Below are positions 1 through 11,340 of a stretch of DNA of 64,000 bases, piece by piece (positions within the stretch are counted from its first letter, which is position 1; each line of letters begins with the position of its first letter). Position numbers and translations under genes: made by a program. A model generated the notes under the pieces. That model did no database searches, had not been told where the DNA came from, and was given only the letters and a program-made list of their open reading frames with translations. This DNA is from Candidatus Fervidifonticultor sextus (GTDB lineage: Bacteria; Sysuimicrobiota; Sysuimicrobiia; Sysuimicrobiales; Humicultoraceae), in contig JAVKHQ010000011.1 in NCBI GenBank assembly GCA_031459875.1, positions 1 through 64,000 of the forward strand, written 5' to 3'.

Positions 1-380
1 CCTATGAGGTGGATTCCAGCGAGATGGCGTTCAAGATCGCGGGCTCGCTGGCCTTCAAGGAGGCTGCCTCCCGCGCCCTGCCGGTCCTGCTCGAACCTAT
101 GATGCGGGTCGAGGTCGTGACCCCCGAGGCCTACATGGGCGACGTCATCGCCGACCTCAACGCCCGCCGCGGGCGCATCGAGGGCATGGAGACCCAGGGC
201 GCGCTCCGCGTGATCCGCGCCGTCGTCCCGCTCGCCGAGATGTTCGGCTACGCCACCGCCCTGCGGTCCGTCAGTCAGGGCCGGGCGACTTATTCCATGG
301 AACCGTCGCACTACGAGGAAGTCCCCGCCTCGGTCGCTGAGAAGGTCACGGCGCGCTCGGGGGTCGGGGCGCGGGCCTAG
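1..380 (+). CDS. fusA: Elongation factor G, C-terminal part (truncated by window edge)
   Basis: [13 protein letters not shown]...[10 protein letters not shown]...[21 protein letters not shown] matches EF-G domains IV-V. Confidence 0.95.
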   Translation, partial: YEVDSSEMAFKIAGSLAFKEAASRALPVLLEPMMRVEVVTPEAYMGDVIADLNARRGRIEGMETQGALRVIRAVVPLAEMFGYATALRSVSQGRATYSMEPSHYEEVPASVAEKVTARSGVGARA

Positions 381-418
381 CGCGAGACTGCGGGGGAGCA
401 CGGAGGGAGTCTGACACG

Positions 419-730
419 ATGGCCGTCGCGCAGAAGATCCGGATCAAACTCAGGGCCTTCGACCATAAGGTCCTCGACCAGTCGGCCGAGAAGATCGTCA
501 CCGTCGTCCGGAAGTCGGGGGCCCGGGTCTCCGGTCCGGTGCCGCTGCCCACCAACCGCAGCGTCTTCTGCGTGATCCGATCCCCCCATATCGACAAGGA
601 GTCGATGGAGCACTTCGAGATCCGGACGCATCGGCGCCTGATCGATATCCTGGAACCGACCCAGAAGACCGTGGACGAACTGATGCACCTCGATCTCCCG
701 GCGGGGGTCGACATCGAGATCAAGTTGTAA
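419..730 (+). CDS. rpsJ: 30S ribosomal protein S10
   Basis: [12 protein letters not shown]...GPVPLPT...[24 protein letters not shown]. Confidence 0.99.
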   Translation: MAVAQKIRIKLRAFDHKVLDQSAEKIVTVVRKSGARVSGPVPLPTNRSVFCVIRSPHIDKESMEHFEIRTHRRLIDILEPTQKTVDELMHLDLPAGVDIEIKL

Positions 731-740
731 GGAGACGGCG

Positions 741-1358
741 ATGGCGGCCATCCTCGGGCGAAAACTGGGTATGACCCGCGTCTTCGAGGACGACGGCACC
801 AGCGTGCCTGTGACGGTCATCCAGGCCGGCCCCTGCATCGTGGTGGGTGCCCGCACCCCGGAGCGGGACGGCTACAGCGCGGTCCGGGTGGCCTTCGAGC
901 CGGTCGCGGAGCGCAAGCTGCCCAAGGCGCGGCGGGGCGTGTTCGCCCGCGCCCACCTGCCGGCCCACCGGGTCATCCGGGAACTCCCGGCCCCGGCGAC
1001 CGCGGTCCAGCCGGGCCAGACCATCACCGTGGATGCCTTTGCGCCGGGCGACCTGGTCGACGTGAGCGGGACCAGCATCGGCAAGGGTTTCGCCGGCGCC
1101 ATGAAGCGCCACGGGTTCGCCGGGCAGCGGGACTCGCACGGGGTTTCGCTGATGCACCGGGCCGTGGGCTCCATCGGGTCCTCGGACTCTGCGCGGGTGT
1201 TCCCCGGCAAGCGGATGCCGGGGCGGGCAGGCCACAGGCGGGTGACCGTAAAGCGGCTGCGCGTCGTGAAGGTCGACCCCAAGAACCATCTGCTGCTCGT
1301 GCGCGGCGCGGTGCCGGGCGTGCGCGGGACGCTGCTGGTGGTCCGCAGCGCGTCGTAG
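741..1358 (+). CDS. rplC: 50S ribosomal protein L3
   Basis: GRKLGMTRVF...PVTVI...GKGFAGAMKRHGF; operon position. Confidence 0.99.
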   Translation: MAAILGRKLGMTRVFEDDGTSVPVTVIQAGPCIVVGARTPERDGYSAVRVAFEPVAERKLPKARRGVFARAHLPAHRVIRELPAPATAVQPGQTITVDAFAPGDLVDVSGTSIGKGFAGAMKRHGFAGQRDSHGVSLMHRAVGSIGSSDSARVFPGKRMPGRAGHRRVTVKRLRVVKVDPKNHLLLVRGAVPGVRGTLLVVRSAS

Positions 1359-1389
1359 TGTCCCGGATGCCGCGGCCAGGAGACAGACG

Positions 1390-2016
1390 ATGCCAACAGT
1401 AGCGCAATACGACGCCACCGGGGCCCCCCAGGGCGAGATCGAGTTGCCCGACACCGTGTTTGGCCTCCGGCCCCACCGGCCGGCCATGCACCAGGCGCTG
1501 GTCGCCGAGATGGCCAACCGCCGGGCCGGCACACATGCGACGCGCACGCGCGGCGCCGTCCGCGGCGGGGGGCGGAAGCCCTGGCGCCAGAAGGGCACCG
1601 GGCGGGCGCGCCACGGCAGCCGACGCTCGCCGCTGTGGGTGGGGGGCGGGATCGTCTTCGGCCCGACGCCCCGGGATCATAGCCAGCGGCTGCCCCGGCG
1701 CCAGCGGGCCCTGGCGCTGCGCTCGGCCCTCTCAGCGCACGCCCGGGAGGGCCGGGTGGTGATCATCGACCCGCCGGCCGACGACGCCCTCAAGACGAAG
1801 ACCGTCGCGGCGCTGCTGGCCAAGGTCGGCGCCAGCGAGCGCGCCATCCTCGTGACGGCCGAATCGGAACGGGCGCTACGCCGCGCCGCGGCCAACCTGC
1901 CCGGGACCCGGGTCCTCTGCGCCCGGCGACTGGTGCTGCGGCATCTGCTCGTCCCGGGCGTGCTGGTGATCACGCGGTCCGGGCTTGGGGACCTGCAGGA
2001 GGCGTTGGGGGCGTGA
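1390..2016 (+). CDS. rplD: 50S ribosomal protein L4
   Basis: [23 protein letters not shown] motif. Confidence 0.99.
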   Translation: MPTVAQYDATGAPQGEIELPDTVFGLRPHRPAMHQALVAEMANRRAGTHATRTRGAVRGGGRKPWRQKGTGRARHGSRRSPLWVGGGIVFGPTPRDHSQRLPRRQRALALRSALSAHAREGRVVIIDPPADDALKTKTVAALLAKVGASERAILVTAESERALRRAAANLPGTRVLCARRLVLRHLLVPGVLVITRSGLGDLQEALGA

Positions 2017-2297
2017 ACTACTACGCGATCATCCGCCGTCCGATCCTGACGGAGAAGAGCCTGCGCGGCAACGAAGGCGGCAAGTACACCTTCGAGGTCG
2101 CGCCGGAGGCCAACAAGCTGGAGATCAAGCAGGCCGTGGAAGGCATCTTCTCGGTGCGGGTGCGGAAGGTCAACGTGATCAACATCCCCGGGCGCGTGCG
2201 GCGCCGGGGGCGCCACACGTTTGTGGCGCCGGGAATGCGCAAGGCCATCGTTACCCTGGCCGCGGGCCAGAAGATCGACCTCGAGAGCCTCACGTAG
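2013..2297 (+). CDS. rplW: 50S ribosomal protein L23
   Basis: [11 protein letters not shown]...YTFEV...[14 protein letters not shown] start overlapping the rplD stop. Confidence 0.98.
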   Translation: MNYYAIIRRPILTEKSLRGNEGGKYTFEVAPEANKLEIKQAVEGIFSVRVRKVNVINIPGRVRRRGRHTFVAPGMRKAIVTLAAGQKIDLESLT

Positions 2298-2311
2298 GCC
2301 GGGAGGCTGTC

Positions 2312-3136
2312 ATGGGAGTCAAGAAGTTCAAGCCCACGACGCCGGGACGGCGCTTCGCCACGGTCTCGGGTTTCGAGGAAATCACGAAGACGACCCCCGA
2401 GCGCTCGCTGCTGGAGCCGCTGCGCGCCCGGGCCGGGCGCAACACCCAGGGGCGGGTCACCGTACGCCACCGCGGCGGCGGGCACAAGCGTCAGTACCGG
2501 CTCATCGACTTCAGGCGCGACAAGGACGGCGTCCCGGCCAGGGTGGCAGCCATCGAGTACGATCCCAACCGGTCGGCGCGGATCGCCCTGCTGCACTACG
2601 CCGACGGGGAGAAGCGCTACATCCTGGCGCCCGACGGCCTCAAGGTGGGCGAGATCGTGGCCTCGGGGCCCGAAGCCGACATCCGCCCGGGCAACGCGCT
2701 GCCGCTCCGGTCGATCCCGGTGGGCACCGTGGTCCACAACATCGAGCTGGTCCCCAGGCGCGGCGGCCAGCTGGTGCGGGCTGCCGGGGCCGGCGCGCAG
2801 ATCATGGCCAAGGAAGGCGACCACGCGCACGTGCGGTTGCCGTCCGGGGAAGTCCGGCTCGTCTCCCTGGACTGCCGGGCGACCATCGGGCAGGTCGGCA
2901 ACCTCGAGCACGAGGCGATCAAACTCGGCAAGGCCGGGCGGGCGCGCTGGCTGGGCATCCGGCCCGGCGTGCGCGGGGTCGCCATGGACCCCTCCAGCCA
3001 TCCGCACGGCGGCGGGGAAGGCCGGTCGCCGATCGGGATGCCTGGGCCGGTGAGCCCGTGGGGCAAGCCGACCCTGGGCTACAAGACCCGCAAGGCGAAG
3101 CGCAGCGACGCGCTGATCGTGAAGCGCCGCAAATAG
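2312..3136 (+). CDS. rplB: 50S ribosomal protein L2
   Basis: ATG at 2312 after [41 protein letters not shown]. Confidence 0.99.
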   Translation: MGVKKFKPTTPGRRFATVSGFEEITKTTPERSLLEPLRARAGRNTQGRVTVRHRGGGHKRQYRLIDFRRDKDGVPARVAAIEYDPNRSARIALLHYADGEKRYILAPDGLKVGEIVASGPEADIRPGNALPLRSIPVGTVVHNIELVPRRGGQLVRAAGAGAQIMAKEGDHAHVRLPSGEVRLVSLDCRATIGQVGNLEHEAIKLGKAGRARWLGIRPGVRGVAMDPSSHPHGGGEGRSPIGMPGPVSPWGKPTLGYKTRKAKRSDALIVKRRK

Positions 3137-3156
3137 GAGGAGGTCGGGTCACGGCG

Positions 3157-3441
3157 ATGGGACGCTCGAAGAAGAAGGGACCGTTTGTCGACGCGCATCT
3201 GCTGGAGAAGATCAGGGCGCTGAACCGGTCCCGCGAGCGCCGCGTCATCAGGACCTGGTCCCGGCGCTCGACCATCCTCCCGGAGTTCGTCGGGCACACC
3301 CTCGCGGTCTACGACGGCCGCAAGCACGTGCCCATCTACGTCACCGAGCAGATGGTCGGACACAAGCTTGGCGAGTTCGCGCCGACGCGGACCTTCAAAG
3401 GGCACGGCGCGGCTACCGAGCGCTCGACAGCCCTGAAGTAG
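3157..3441 (+). CDS. rpsS: 30S ribosomal protein S19
   Basis: [12 protein letters not shown]...TWSRRSTI...[13 protein letters not shown]. Confidence 0.99.
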   Translation: MGRSKKKGPFVDAHLLEKIRALNRSRERRVIRTWSRRSTILPEFVGHTLAVYDGRKHVPIYVTEQMVGHKLGEFAPTRTFKGHGAATERSTALK

Positions 3442-3460
3442 CGGTGGAGGCAGAGGGACG

Positions 3461-3805
3461 ATGGAGGTCAAGGCGACGGCCCGCTACGTGAACATCTCAC
3501 CGTTGAAGGTGCGCCGGGCCCTGGCGGGCCTGCGGGCGCTGCCGGTGGCCGAGGCCGAGGCCAGGCTGCGCGCGGCCCCGGACCGGGCCTCTCGGGCGAT
3601 CGCCAAGGTGCTGAAGTCGGCCGTGGCCAACGCCGAGAACAACCACGACCTGGACGCCGATGACCTGGTCGTCCTCCGCGCGTACGCCGACCGCGCGCCG
3701 GTCTCCAAGCGGATGATGCCGCGGGCGCGCGGCCGGGCGGATATCATCACCAAGCGGAGCAGCCACATCACCGTGGTGGTGGGCGAACGGGCCGGCGGCG
3801 CGTAG
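3461..3805 (+). CDS. rplV: 50S ribosomal protein L22
   Basis: ISPLKVR...SAVANAENN...PRARGRA...SHITVVV. Confidence 0.99.
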   Translation: MEVKATARYVNISPLKVRRALAGLRALPVAEAEARLRAAPDRASRAIAKVLKSAVANAENNHDLDADDLVVLRAYADRAPVSKRMMPRARGRADIITKRSSHITVVVGERAGGA

Positions 3806-3822
3806 CGTATTGGAGGTGGAAG

Positions 3823-4617
3823 GTGGGACAGAAGGTCAACCCCATCGGGCTGCGGATCGGGATCATCCGGGAGTGGGAATCCCGGTGGTACGCCAGGAAC
3901 ATGGCGGACCTCATCGCTGAGGACCAGAAGATCCGCACCCTGATCAAGAAGAAGCTCTCCCGGGCCGGCATCTCCCGGGTGGAGATCGAGCGGGCCGCCA
4001 ACCGGGTGCGGGTGATCATCCACTCGGCGCGGCCGGGGATTATCATCGGCCGCGGCGGTACGGGGATCGACGCCCTCAAGAAGGAGCTGGAGGCCTCCAC
4101 CGGCCGGCAGATCCAGCTCAGCGTGAACGAGGTCCGGCGCCCGGAGATCGAGGCCCAGCTGGTGGCCGAGAACGTGGCCCAGCAGCTTGAGCGCCGCATC
4201 GCCTACCGGCGGGCCATGAAACAGGCCGTGCAGCGCAGCCTGCGGGCCGGTGCCAAGGGGATCAAGATCGCCTGCAGCGGCCGGCTGGCCGGTGCCGAGA
4301 TCGCGCGGTACGAGTGGTACCGCGAGGGCCGCGTGCCGCTCCACACGCTGCGGGCGGACATCGACTATGGGGTCGCCGAGGCGTTGACGACCTACGGCCG
4401 GATTGGGGTCAGGGTCTGGATCTACCGCGGGGACATCCTGCCCGAGGGGCGCCGGCACGAGCCGGAGCACCGCCGTCCCCCGCGCGCCGAGGCCGGCGTC
4501 GGGGGAGAGGCCACAGCCGCCCCCTCCGGGCCGGTGGTGATCCCCACCCGGAGCCCGCGTGTCAACGTGCGGAGGCAGGACACCAATGCTGGCACCGAAG
4601 CGGACCAAGTACCGTAA
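3823..4617 (+). CDS. rpsC: 30S ribosomal protein S3 with C-terminal extension
   Basis: [35 protein letters not shown]. Confidence 0.99.
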   Translation: MGQKVNPIGLRIGIIREWESRWYARNMADLIAEDQKIRTLIKKKLSRAGISRVEIERAANRVRVIIHSARPGIIIGRGGTGIDALKKELEASTGRQIQLSVNEVRRPEIEAQLVAENVAQQLERRIAYRRAMKQAVQRSLRAGAKGIKIACSGRLAGAEIARYEWYREGRVPLHTLRADIDYGVAEALTTYGRIGVRVWIYRGDILPEGRRHEPEHRRPPRAEAGVGGEATAAPSGPVVIPTRSPRVNVRRQDTNAGTEADQVP

Positions 4618-4999
4618 GGCTCACCGCGGCTCCCGGGCCGGCAAGGCCTTCGCGGGCTCGTCCGTGGCCTTCGGTGAGTACGGCCTCCAGGCGCTGACCC
4701 CGGCGTGGGTGACCGGGGCGCAGCTCGAGGCGGCCCGCCGGACGATCACGCGATTCATCAAGCGCGGCGGGAAACTCTGGATCCGGGTGTTCCCCGACAA
4801 GCCGGTCACCAAGAAACCCGCCGAAACGCGCATGGGGAGCGGGAAGGGCAACCCCGAGTTCTGGGTGGCGGTGGTGCGGCCGGGCCGCATCCTGTTCGAG
4901 CTGGCCGGGGTGCCCGAGGACCAGGCGCGGCAGGCGATGACCCTGGCCTCCCACAAGCTGCCGGTCAGGACCAAGTTCGTGACCCGGGTGGTGGCGTAG
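4586..4999 (+). CDS. rplP: 50S ribosomal protein L16
   Basis: [11 protein letters not shown]...ETRMGSGKG; start at 4586 lies inside the rpsC tail. Confidence 0.98.
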   Translation: MLAPKRTKYRKAHRGSRAGKAFAGSSVAFGEYGLQALTPAWVTGAQLEAARRTITRFIKRGGKLWIRVFPDKPVTKKPAETRMGSGKGNPEFWVAVVRPGRILFELAGVPEDQARQAMTLASHKLPVRTKFVTRVVA

Positions 5000-5002
5000 C
5001 CC

Positions 5003-5206
5003 ATGGCGTTGAAGGCGAGCACGCTGAGGGAGATGACTGAGGCCGAACTGGCCAAGAAACTCCAGGAGGCTGAACGGGAACTGTGGGCGCTGCGGATCAA
5101 GGTCTCCCAGCAGCGCAACACGGCCAGGATCGGGGAGCTGCGGCGGGACATTGCCCGCCTCAAGACGGTCCTGGCGGCTCGGGCGGCCGCCCGACGGACG
5201 GGCTGA
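5003..5206 (+). CDS. rpmC: 50S ribosomal protein L29
   Basis: LREMT..EL...RRDIARLKT; operon position. Confidence 0.97.
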   Translation: MALKASTLREMTEAELAKKLQEAERELWALRIKVSQQRNTARIGELRRDIARLKTVLAARAAARRTG

Positions 5207-5209
5207 GGG

Positions 5210-5473
5210 ATGGCGATAGAGCGACGGGGCCTGCGCAAGACCCGGGTGGGCGTGGTCACCAGCGACAAGATGACCAAGACCGTGGTCGTTCGCATCGAGA
5301 CGACGACGCGCCACCCGCTCTACAAGAAGACGATTCGGCGGGCCAAGACGGTGAAGGCCCACGACGAACAGAACGCGTGCCGGGTGGGCGACCGGGTCCG
5401 CATCGCCGAGACCCGGCCGCTGTCGAAGGACAAGCGGTGGCGGGTCGTGGAGATCCTGGAGCGAGCCCGATGA
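5210..5473 (+). CDS. rpsQ: 30S ribosomal protein S17
   Basis: [14 protein letters not shown]...HPLYKK...[11 protein letters not shown]. Confidence 0.99.
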   Translation: MAIERRGLRKTRVGVVTSDKMTKTVVVRIETTTRHPLYKKTIRRAKTVKAHDEQNACRVGDRVRIAETRPLSKDKRWRVVEILERAR

Positions 5474-5838
5474 TCCAGCAGCAGAGCCGCCTCAAGGTCG
5501 CGGACAATACCGGCGCCCGTGAGCTCCTGTGCATTCGGGTGATCGGCGGGTCGCGCAGGCGCTACGCGACAGTCGGAGACGTCATCGTGGCCTCGGTGAA
5601 GACGGCGATCCCGAACAGCCCGGTCAAGAAGGGCGAGGTGGTGCGGGCGGTGGTCGTGCGGACCAGGAAAGAACTGCGCCGGCCCGATGGGTCCTACATC
5701 CGATTCGACGACAATGCGGCTGTGCTGCTCTCCGACGCGCAGAACCCCCGGGGGACCCGCATCTTCGGCCCGGTCGCGCGGGAACTGCGCGAGAAACAGT
5801 TCATGAAGATCATCTCCCTTGCACCGGAGGTCCTGTAG
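5470..5838 (+). CDS. rplN: 50S ribosomal protein L14
   Basis: [16 protein letters not shown]...FDDNAAV...[10 protein letters not shown]. Confidence 0.99.
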   Translation: MIQQQSRLKVADNTGARELLCIRVIGGSRRRYATVGDVIVASVKTAIPNSPVKKGEVVRAVVVRTRKELRRPDGSYIRFDDNAAVLLSDAQNPRGTRIFGPVARELREKQFMKIISLAPEVL

Positions 5839-5849
5839 GAGGCAGGCAG

Positions 5850-6194
5850 ATGGCGGTCGGCACGGCACGACCCAGGATGCACCTGCGGAAGGGCGACATG
5901 GTGGAGGTCATCGGTGGGAAGTTCCGCGGCAAGCGGGGCAAGGTCCTGCGGATCCTGACCGAGGACGGCCGCGCCATCGTCGAGGGCGTCAACGTGGTCA
6001 AGCGGCACGCGAAGCCGAACCCACGGAAGGGCCACCAGGGCGGGATCCTGGAAAAGGAGGCCCCGCTGCCGGCGGCCCGGCTGATGGTCGTCTGCGCCAA
6101 GTGCGGGGAGGCCACCCGGATCGGCCACCGGGTCCTGGGCGACGGGACGAAGGTGCGGTACTGCAAGCGCTGCGGCGAGTCCATGGAGAAGTAG
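5850..6194 (+). CDS. rplX: 50S ribosomal protein L24
   Basis: KOW motif [29 protein letters not shown]; two CxxC pairs near the C-terminus. Confidence 0.98.
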   Translation: MAVGTARPRMHLRKGDMVEVIGGKFRGKRGKVLRILTEDGRAIVEGVNVVKRHAKPNPRKGHQGGILEKEAPLPAARLMVVCAKCGEATRIGHRVLGDGTKVRYCKRCGESMEK

Positions 6195-6219
6195 GCCGTC
6201 GGGAGAGGCGAGGGGCGCG

Positions 6220-6783
6220 ATGGCAGCCAGATTGAGAGAACGGTACCGGACCCACGTGGTCCCGGCGCTGCGCGAGCGGTTCGGACTGCGCAATGTCATG
6301 GAAGTCCCCCGGGTGGAGAAGGTCGTCATCAACATGCGGGTGGGGACGGCCGTCGCCGATCCGCGGCAGATCGACAAGGCCGTCGAGGACCTGACGCTGA
6401 TTGCGGGGCAGCGCCCCATCGTCACGCGCGCCCGCCGGTCGATCGCGGCCTTCAAGCTCCGGCAGGGGATGCCCATCGGGGTGAAGGTCACCCTGCGCGG
6501 CGACCGGATGTATGAGTTTTTGGACAAACTCTTCAACCTGGCGCTGGCGCGCATCAAGGACTTCAAGGGCGTCTCGGAGCGCGCCTTCGACGGGCGCGGC
6601 AATCTGAACCTGGGCATCAGGGAGCAGTTGATCTTTCCCGAGATCGACTACGATAAGGTGGACAAGATCCGGGGCATGGACATCACGGTGGTCACCACGG
6701 CGAGGACGGACGAGCAGGCCAAGGAGCTGCTGCGCCTGCTGGGGCTGCCGTTGCGTGACGGCGGCGCGGCCCCCCAGGCGTGA
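6220..6783 (+). CDS. rplE: 50S ribosomal protein L5
   Basis: [34 protein letters not shown]. Confidence 0.99.
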   Translation: MAARLRERYRTHVVPALRERFGLRNVMEVPRVEKVVINMRVGTAVADPRQIDKAVEDLTLIAGQRPIVTRARRSIAAFKLRQGMPIGVKVTLRGDRMYEFLDKLFNLALARIKDFKGVSERAFDGRGNLNLGIREQLIFPEIDYDKVDKIRGMDITVVTTARTDEQAKELLRLLGLPLRDGGAAPQA

Positions 6784-6830
6784 ACGCGGCCGTGGCGGGG
6801 CAGGCCCGGATGGGCTAGAGGAGGACGCGG

Positions 6831-7016
6831 GTGCCAAAGAAGTCGATCCTGGAACGGTGGAAGCGGGGGCCCAAGTTCAAGGTCCGGGCCTACAGCCGCT
6901 GCCGGCGCTGTGGCCGGCCGCGGGCGGTGTTCCGAAAACTGGGCCTGTGTCGGATCTGCCTGCGGCAGCTCGCCTACCGCGGCGAGATTCCCGGGATGGT
7001 CAAGGCCAGCTGGTAG
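6831..7016 (+). CDS. rpsN: 30S ribosomal protein S14 (short zinc-binding type Z)
   Basis: 61 aa, RCRRCGRPR...LCRICLR...IPGMVKASW. Confidence 0.98.
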   Translation: MPKKSILERWKRGPKFKVRAYSRCRRCGRPRAVFRKLGLCRICLRQLAYRGEIPGMVKASW

Positions 7017-7027
7017 GAGGGAGAGGG

Positions 7028-7432
7028 GTGGGTGGTGTTGTCACCGACGCGATCGCCGACATGCTGACCCGGCTGCGGAATGCCAACGCGGCCCGGCACG
7101 AGTATGTGGTCGTGCCGGCCAGCCGCATGAAGCTGGAGATCGCCCGGATCCTCAAGCGCGAAGGATTCCTCGCCGACGTCCAGGTGATCGAGAAGAAGCC
7201 GCAGAGCCAGCTGCGCCTGCAACTGCGCTACGGCCCCAAGCGCGCGCAGGTCCTGAGCGGGATCCGGCGCGTCAGCCGTCCGGGCTTGCGGATCTATGCC
7301 AAGCGGGACGAGATTCCGCGCGTGCGTGGCGGGCTCGGGGTGGCCATCCTCTCCACGTCCCGGGGGCTGATGACGGACCGCGAGGCGCGGCGGCAGGGCA
7401 TCGGCGGCGAGGTGATCTGCCATGTCTGGTGA
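7028..7432 (+). CDS. rpsH: 30S ribosomal protein S8
   Basis: [35 protein letters not shown] start inferred from the upstream GGAGG. Confidence 0.97.
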   Translation: MGGVVTDAIADMLTRLRNANAARHEYVVVPASRMKLEIARILKREGFLADVQVIEKKPQSQLRLQLRYGPKRAQVLSGIRRVSRPGLRIYAKRDEIPRVRGGLGVAILSTSRGLMTDREARRQGIGGEVICHVW

Positions 7433-7470
7433 GCCGACCCGCCGGAGGGTGTAGGAGGAGGGTGCCAGAG

Positions 7471-8022
7471 ATGTCGCGCATCGGGCGGCTACCCGTGCCG
7501 CTGCCAAAGGGCGTCGAGGTCAAGGTGGACGGCCGCACTGTGGAAGTCCGGGGGCCCAAGGGCCGGCTCGTGCGCCAGGTCCACCCCGACATGCGCGTCG
7601 CGGTCTCCGACGGCGCGATCACCGTCCTGCGCCCGTCGGACCTGCGTCAGCACCGGGCGCTACACGGGCTGACCCGGGCGCTGCTGGCCAACATGGTGAA
7701 GGGCGTCGTCGACGGCTACCGGGTCGACCTGGAGATCCACGGGGTCGGGTACCGGGCCACCAAGCAGGGCCGCCAGGTGGTCCTCCAGGTGGGCTACTCG
7801 CATCCGGTGGAGATCACGCCGCCCGATGGGATCGAGATCGAGGTGCCACAGCCCAACCGGTTGACGGTCGTCGGCACCGACAAGGAACGGGTCGGCCAGC
7901 TGGCGGCCGCGATCCGGGCCGTCCGGCCGCCGGACCCCTACAAGGGCAAGGGCATCCGGTATGCCGGCGAACGGCTGCGGCTCAAGGCCGGGAAGGCCGG
8001 CAAGGCCGTCGGCAAGGCCTAG
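7471..8022 (+). CDS. rplF: 50S ribosomal protein L6
   Basis: MSRIGRLPV...GVGYRA...[13 protein letters not shown]. Confidence 0.99.
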   Translation: MSRIGRLPVPLPKGVEVKVDGRTVEVRGPKGRLVRQVHPDMRVAVSDGAITVLRPSDLRQHRALHGLTRALLANMVKGVVDGYRVDLEIHGVGYRATKQGRQVVLQVGYSHPVEITPPDGIEIEVPQPNRLTVVGTDKERVGQLAAAIRAVRPPDPYKGKGIRYAGERLRLKAGKAGKAVGKA

Positions 8023-8042
8023 CCCGCCGGGAGAGAGGACGC

Positions 8043-8411
8043 ATGCACACACGGCCTGACCGCAACCTGCTCCGGCAGCGACGGCATCTGCGGGCGCGGC
8101 GCCGGCTGGTGGGCCGGGCCACCCGGCCGCGGCTGTCGGTCTACCGCAGCCTCAAGCAGATCTACGCGCAGCTGATCGACGACGAGACCGGACGCACCCT
8201 GGCGGCGACCTCGACCCTGGACCCCGAGGTCCGACCGCTCGTGGCCGGCAAGACCAAGGTCGAGGCGGCCAGGGTCGTCGGCCAGATCCTCGCGCAGCGG
8301 GCGCTGGCCAGCGGGATCACCAGGGTGATCTTTGACCGGGGCGGCTACCGCTACCACGGCCGCGTCCAGGCCCTGGCCGAAGCCGCCCGTGCCGCCGGGC
8401 TGCACTTCTGA
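8043..8411 (+). CDS. rplR: 50S ribosomal protein L18
   Basis: RPRLSVYRS...[20 protein letters not shown]. Confidence 0.99.
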   Translation: MHTRPDRNLLRQRRHLRARRRLVGRATRPRLSVYRSLKQIYAQLIDDETGRTLAATSTLDPEVRPLVAGKTKVEAARVVGQILAQRALASGITRVIFDRGGYRYHGRVQALAEAARAAGLHF

Positions 8412-8423
8412 AGGAGGGGTGAC

Positions 8424-8936
8424 GTGCCAGGACGCATCGATCCGGCCGCTCTCAACCTGACCGTGGAGAAGGCGGTCTTCATCAACCGCGTCGCCAAGGT
8501 CACCAAGGGGGCCAAACGGTTTAAGTTCAGCGCGCTGGTGGTGGTCGGCGACGAGGCGGGCCACGTGGGGGTGGGACTGGGCAAAGCCTCCGAGGTCCCC
8601 GATGCGATCCGCAAGGGCGTGGAGGATGCCAAGAAGCACCTAGTGGCGGTCCGGCGGGCCGGCACCACGATCCCCCATCCGGTGAGCGGCGTCTTCGGCG
8701 CGTCCCGGGTGCTGCTGCGGCCCGCGTCGCCCGGGACCGGGGTCATCGCCGGCGGCGCGGTCCGCGCGGTGCTGGAGGCGGCGGGGATCAAGGACATCCT
8801 GACCAAGGCCCTGGGCTCGACGAATCCGGTCAACGTGGCCCGGGCGACGCTGGCCGGCCTGGAGCAACTGCGGCAGCCCGAGGAGGTCGCCCGCCTCCGC
8901 GGCCGGCCGCTGGAAGAACTCGCGTTGAGGGCATAG
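8424..8936 (+). CDS. rpsE: 30S ribosomal protein S5
   Basis: [32 protein letters not shown]. Confidence 0.99.
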   Translation: MPGRIDPAALNLTVEKAVFINRVAKVTKGAKRFKFSALVVVGDEAGHVGVGLGKASEVPDAIRKGVEDAKKHLVAVRRAGTTIPHPVSGVFGASRVLLRPASPGTGVIAGGAVRAVLEAAGIKDILTKALGSTNPVNVARATLAGLEQLRQPEEVARLRGRPLEELALRA

Positions 8937-8945
8937 GGGGCGATC

Positions 8946-9416
8946 ATGCCGTTTCTCGGAGCACTGCGTCCACCGCGGGGCGCCCACCGTCGGCGCCGGC
9001 GCGTCGGCCGGGGATTGGGATCCGGTCGGGGCGTCTATGCCGGACGCGGCCGCAAGGGCCAGAAGGCCCGCTCGGGAGCCGGGCCACGCCCCGGCTTTGA
9101 AGGCGGGCAGACCCCGCTGGTCAAGCGGTTGCCGTTTCGCCGGGGGGTGCGCGGGGCGGGCAGCAACATGACCGGCGGCGGGGTGCGGCCGCGCCACCAG
9201 GAGGTTCGGCTACGGGACCTGAACCGCTTCCCGGCCGGCAGCCAGGTCACCCCGGCCATCCTGCGGGGGGTCGGGCTGGTCGGGGCCGGACCGGTCAAGG
9301 TCCTGGCCACCGGCCGCCTGCGCGTGCCGCTCACGGTGCAGGCACATGCCTTCACCGAGGGCGCCCGCCGCGCCATTGAGGCCGCGGGGGGCAAGGCGGA
9401 GGTGCTGGAGGCGTGA
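8946..9416 (+). CDS. rplO: 50S ribosomal protein L15
   Basis: [11 protein letters not shown]...[10 protein letters not shown]...FEGGQTPL. Confidence 0.98.
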   Translation: MPFLGALRPPRGAHRRRRRVGRGLGSGRGVYAGRGRKGQKARSGAGPRPGFEGGQTPLVKRLPFRRGVRGAGSNMTGGGVRPRHQEVRLRDLNRFPAGSQVTPAILRGVGLVGAGPVKVLATGRLRVPLTVQAHAFTEGARRAIEAAGGKAEVLEA

Positions 9417-10687
9417 TCCAGGTGCGCTCGCTGTCCAACCCGCTTCGGATCCCGGACCTGCGCCGCCGCCTGGTCTTCACGGGGATCATGCTGGCGCTGT
9501 TCCGCCTGGGCGCGCATCTCCCGGTCCCGGGAGTCAACGTCGAGGCCCTGGAGCGCCTCTTCCGGCAGCAGGGGAGTCTGTTCTCGTTCCTCGACCTGTT
9601 CGTCGGCGGGGCGCTGTCCAACTTTGCGATCTTCGCGCTGGGCGTCTTCCCGTACATCACCGCCTCGATCATCTTCAGCCTGCTGCAGGTGGTTTTCCCG
9701 CGGCTCAAGGAGATGGCCACCGAGGAGGGCGAGGCTGGCCGGCGCCGCATCGGGATGTACACGCGGTACCTGACGGTGGTCCTGGCCCTGATCCAGGGCG
9801 TCGGACAGCTCTACCTGATCCGCAGCCAGGGTGCCGTGCCCGATGCGCGGCCGCTCACCATGGCGACCATCGTCCTCACACTGGTGGCCGGCACGATGTT
9901 GCTGACGTGGATGGGCGAGATTATGACCGAGCACGGGGTCGGCAACGGCGTCTCCCTCATCATCTTCGGCGGGATCTGCGCGCGCCTGCCCGTGCAGATC
10001 GGCCAGACGGTTCAGCGGATGCGGGTGGGTGAACTGGCCGTCTGGCAGTTTCTCCTGGATGTTGTGGTCATCCTCGCCAGCATCTTCGTGGTGGTGGCCG
10101 TCACCCAGGCTGTCCGCAAAATCCCGGTGCAGTACGCCAAGCGCGTGGTCGGCCGGCGGGTCTACGGCGGGCAGTCCACCCACCTGCCCATGCGGCTGAT
10201 CCAGGCGGGCGTCATCCCCATCATCTTCGCCATCTCCGTGTTGCAGTTCCCCGGTACGGTCGCCCAGTTCTCCCAATGGGAATGGCTCCAGCGCCTGGGG
10301 CAGCAGGTGCTCCCCGGGCGGCCGCTGGGCGACGTACTGTACTTCGCGCTCATCATCCTGTTTACGTACTTCTACACGGCGGTCCAGTTCGATCCCAACG
10401 ACGTCTCCAACAACATCAAGAAGTACGGCGGGTTCATCCCCGGCATCCGGCCCGGGCGGCCTACCGCCGACTATCTGGCGCGGGTCACCGAGCGGCTGAC
10501 GCTGGTAGGCGCGCTCACCCTCGCCGCCATCGCCGTGCTGCCCGTCTACCTGGTCCGCGAGGCCGGCGTCCTCACCTTCTACCTTGCGGGCACCTCGCTG
10601 CTCATCGTGGTTGGCGTCGCGCTGGAGACGATGAAGCAACTCGAGGCCTACGTGCTGATGCGGCACTACGAAGGATTCATGAAGTGA
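9413..10687 (+). CDS. secY: Preprotein translocase subunit SecY
   Basis: FALGVFPYITASII, GVGNGVSLIIF, GGFIPGIRPG, GTSLLIVVGV. Confidence 0.99.
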   Translation: MIQVRSLSNPLRIPDLRRRLVFTGIMLALFRLGAHLPVPGVNVEALERLFRQQGSLFSFLDLFVGGALSNFAIFALGVFPYITASIIFSLLQVVFPRLKEMATEEGEAGRRRIGMYTRYLTVVLALIQGVGQLYLIRSQGAVPDARPLTMATIVLTLVAGTMLLTWMGEIMTEHGVGNGVSLIIFGGICARLPVQIGQTVQRMRVGELAVWQFLLDVVVILASIFVVVAVTQAVRKIPVQYAKRVVGRRVYGGQSTHLPMRLIQAGVIPIIFAISVLQFPGTVAQFSQWEWLQRLGQQVLPGRPLGDVLYFALIILFTYFYTAVQFDPNDVSNNIKKYGGFIPGIRPGRPTADYLARVTERLTLVGALTLAAIAVLPVYLVREAGVLTFYLAGTSLLIVVGVALETMKQLEAYVLMRHYEGFMK

Positions 10688-11340
10688 ACCTGATCTTCTT
10701 GGGGCCGCCCGGGGCCGGCAAGGGCACGCAGGCGCGGGCTCTGGCGCAGCGGCTGGGCATCCCGCAGATTGCCACCGGCGACATGCTGCGGGCGGCCATC
10801 GCTGCCCGCACGCCCCTGGGGCAGGAGGCGGAGCGTTACGTCAACGCCGGGGACCTGGTACCCGATGCCATCATGATCAGCCTCATCGCCGAGCGGCTAC
10901 AGCAGCCCGACGCCGCCTCCGGCTTCATCCTGGACGGCTTTCCGCGCACGCTGGCGCAGGCCGAAGGCCTGGAGGCGGTGCTGGCTGGCCTGGGCCGGCG
11001 GCTGGACCGGGTGGTGTACTTCGAGGTCAGCGAGGAGACCCTCGTCCGTCGGCTCTCGGGCCGGTTGCTCTGCCGGGCCGCGGGTCACATCTACCACCAG
11101 GTCGCGCTCCCCCCGAAGGTCCCAGGCGTCTGCGACCTCGACGGGAGCCCGCTCTACGCCCGCGAAGACGACCAGCCCGAGACGGTCAGGCGGCGGCTGA
11201 CGGTCTACCGCGAACAGACCGAGGCGCTGCTGGCCTTCTACCGGGCGCGGGGCCTGTTGGTGGCCATCAACGCCGCCGGCGGGATGGCCGAGATCACCGA
11301 CGCCCTGCAGGCCCTGGTGGCCTCGGGGGTGAGCCGGTGA
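10684..11340 (+). CDS. adk: Adenylate kinase
   Basis: GPPGAGKGTQA, TGDMLR, GFILDGFPRT; GTG at 10684. Confidence 0.98.
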   Translation: MNLIFLGPPGAGKGTQARALAQRLGIPQIATGDMLRAAIAARTPLGQEAERYVNAGDLVPDAIMISLIAERLQQPDAASGFILDGFPRTLAQAEGLEAVLAGLGRRLDRVVYFEVSEETLVRRLSGRLLCRAAGHIYHQVALPPKVPGVCDLDGSPLYAREDDQPETVRRRLTVYREQTEALLAFYRARGLLVAINAAGGMAEITDALQALVASGVSR

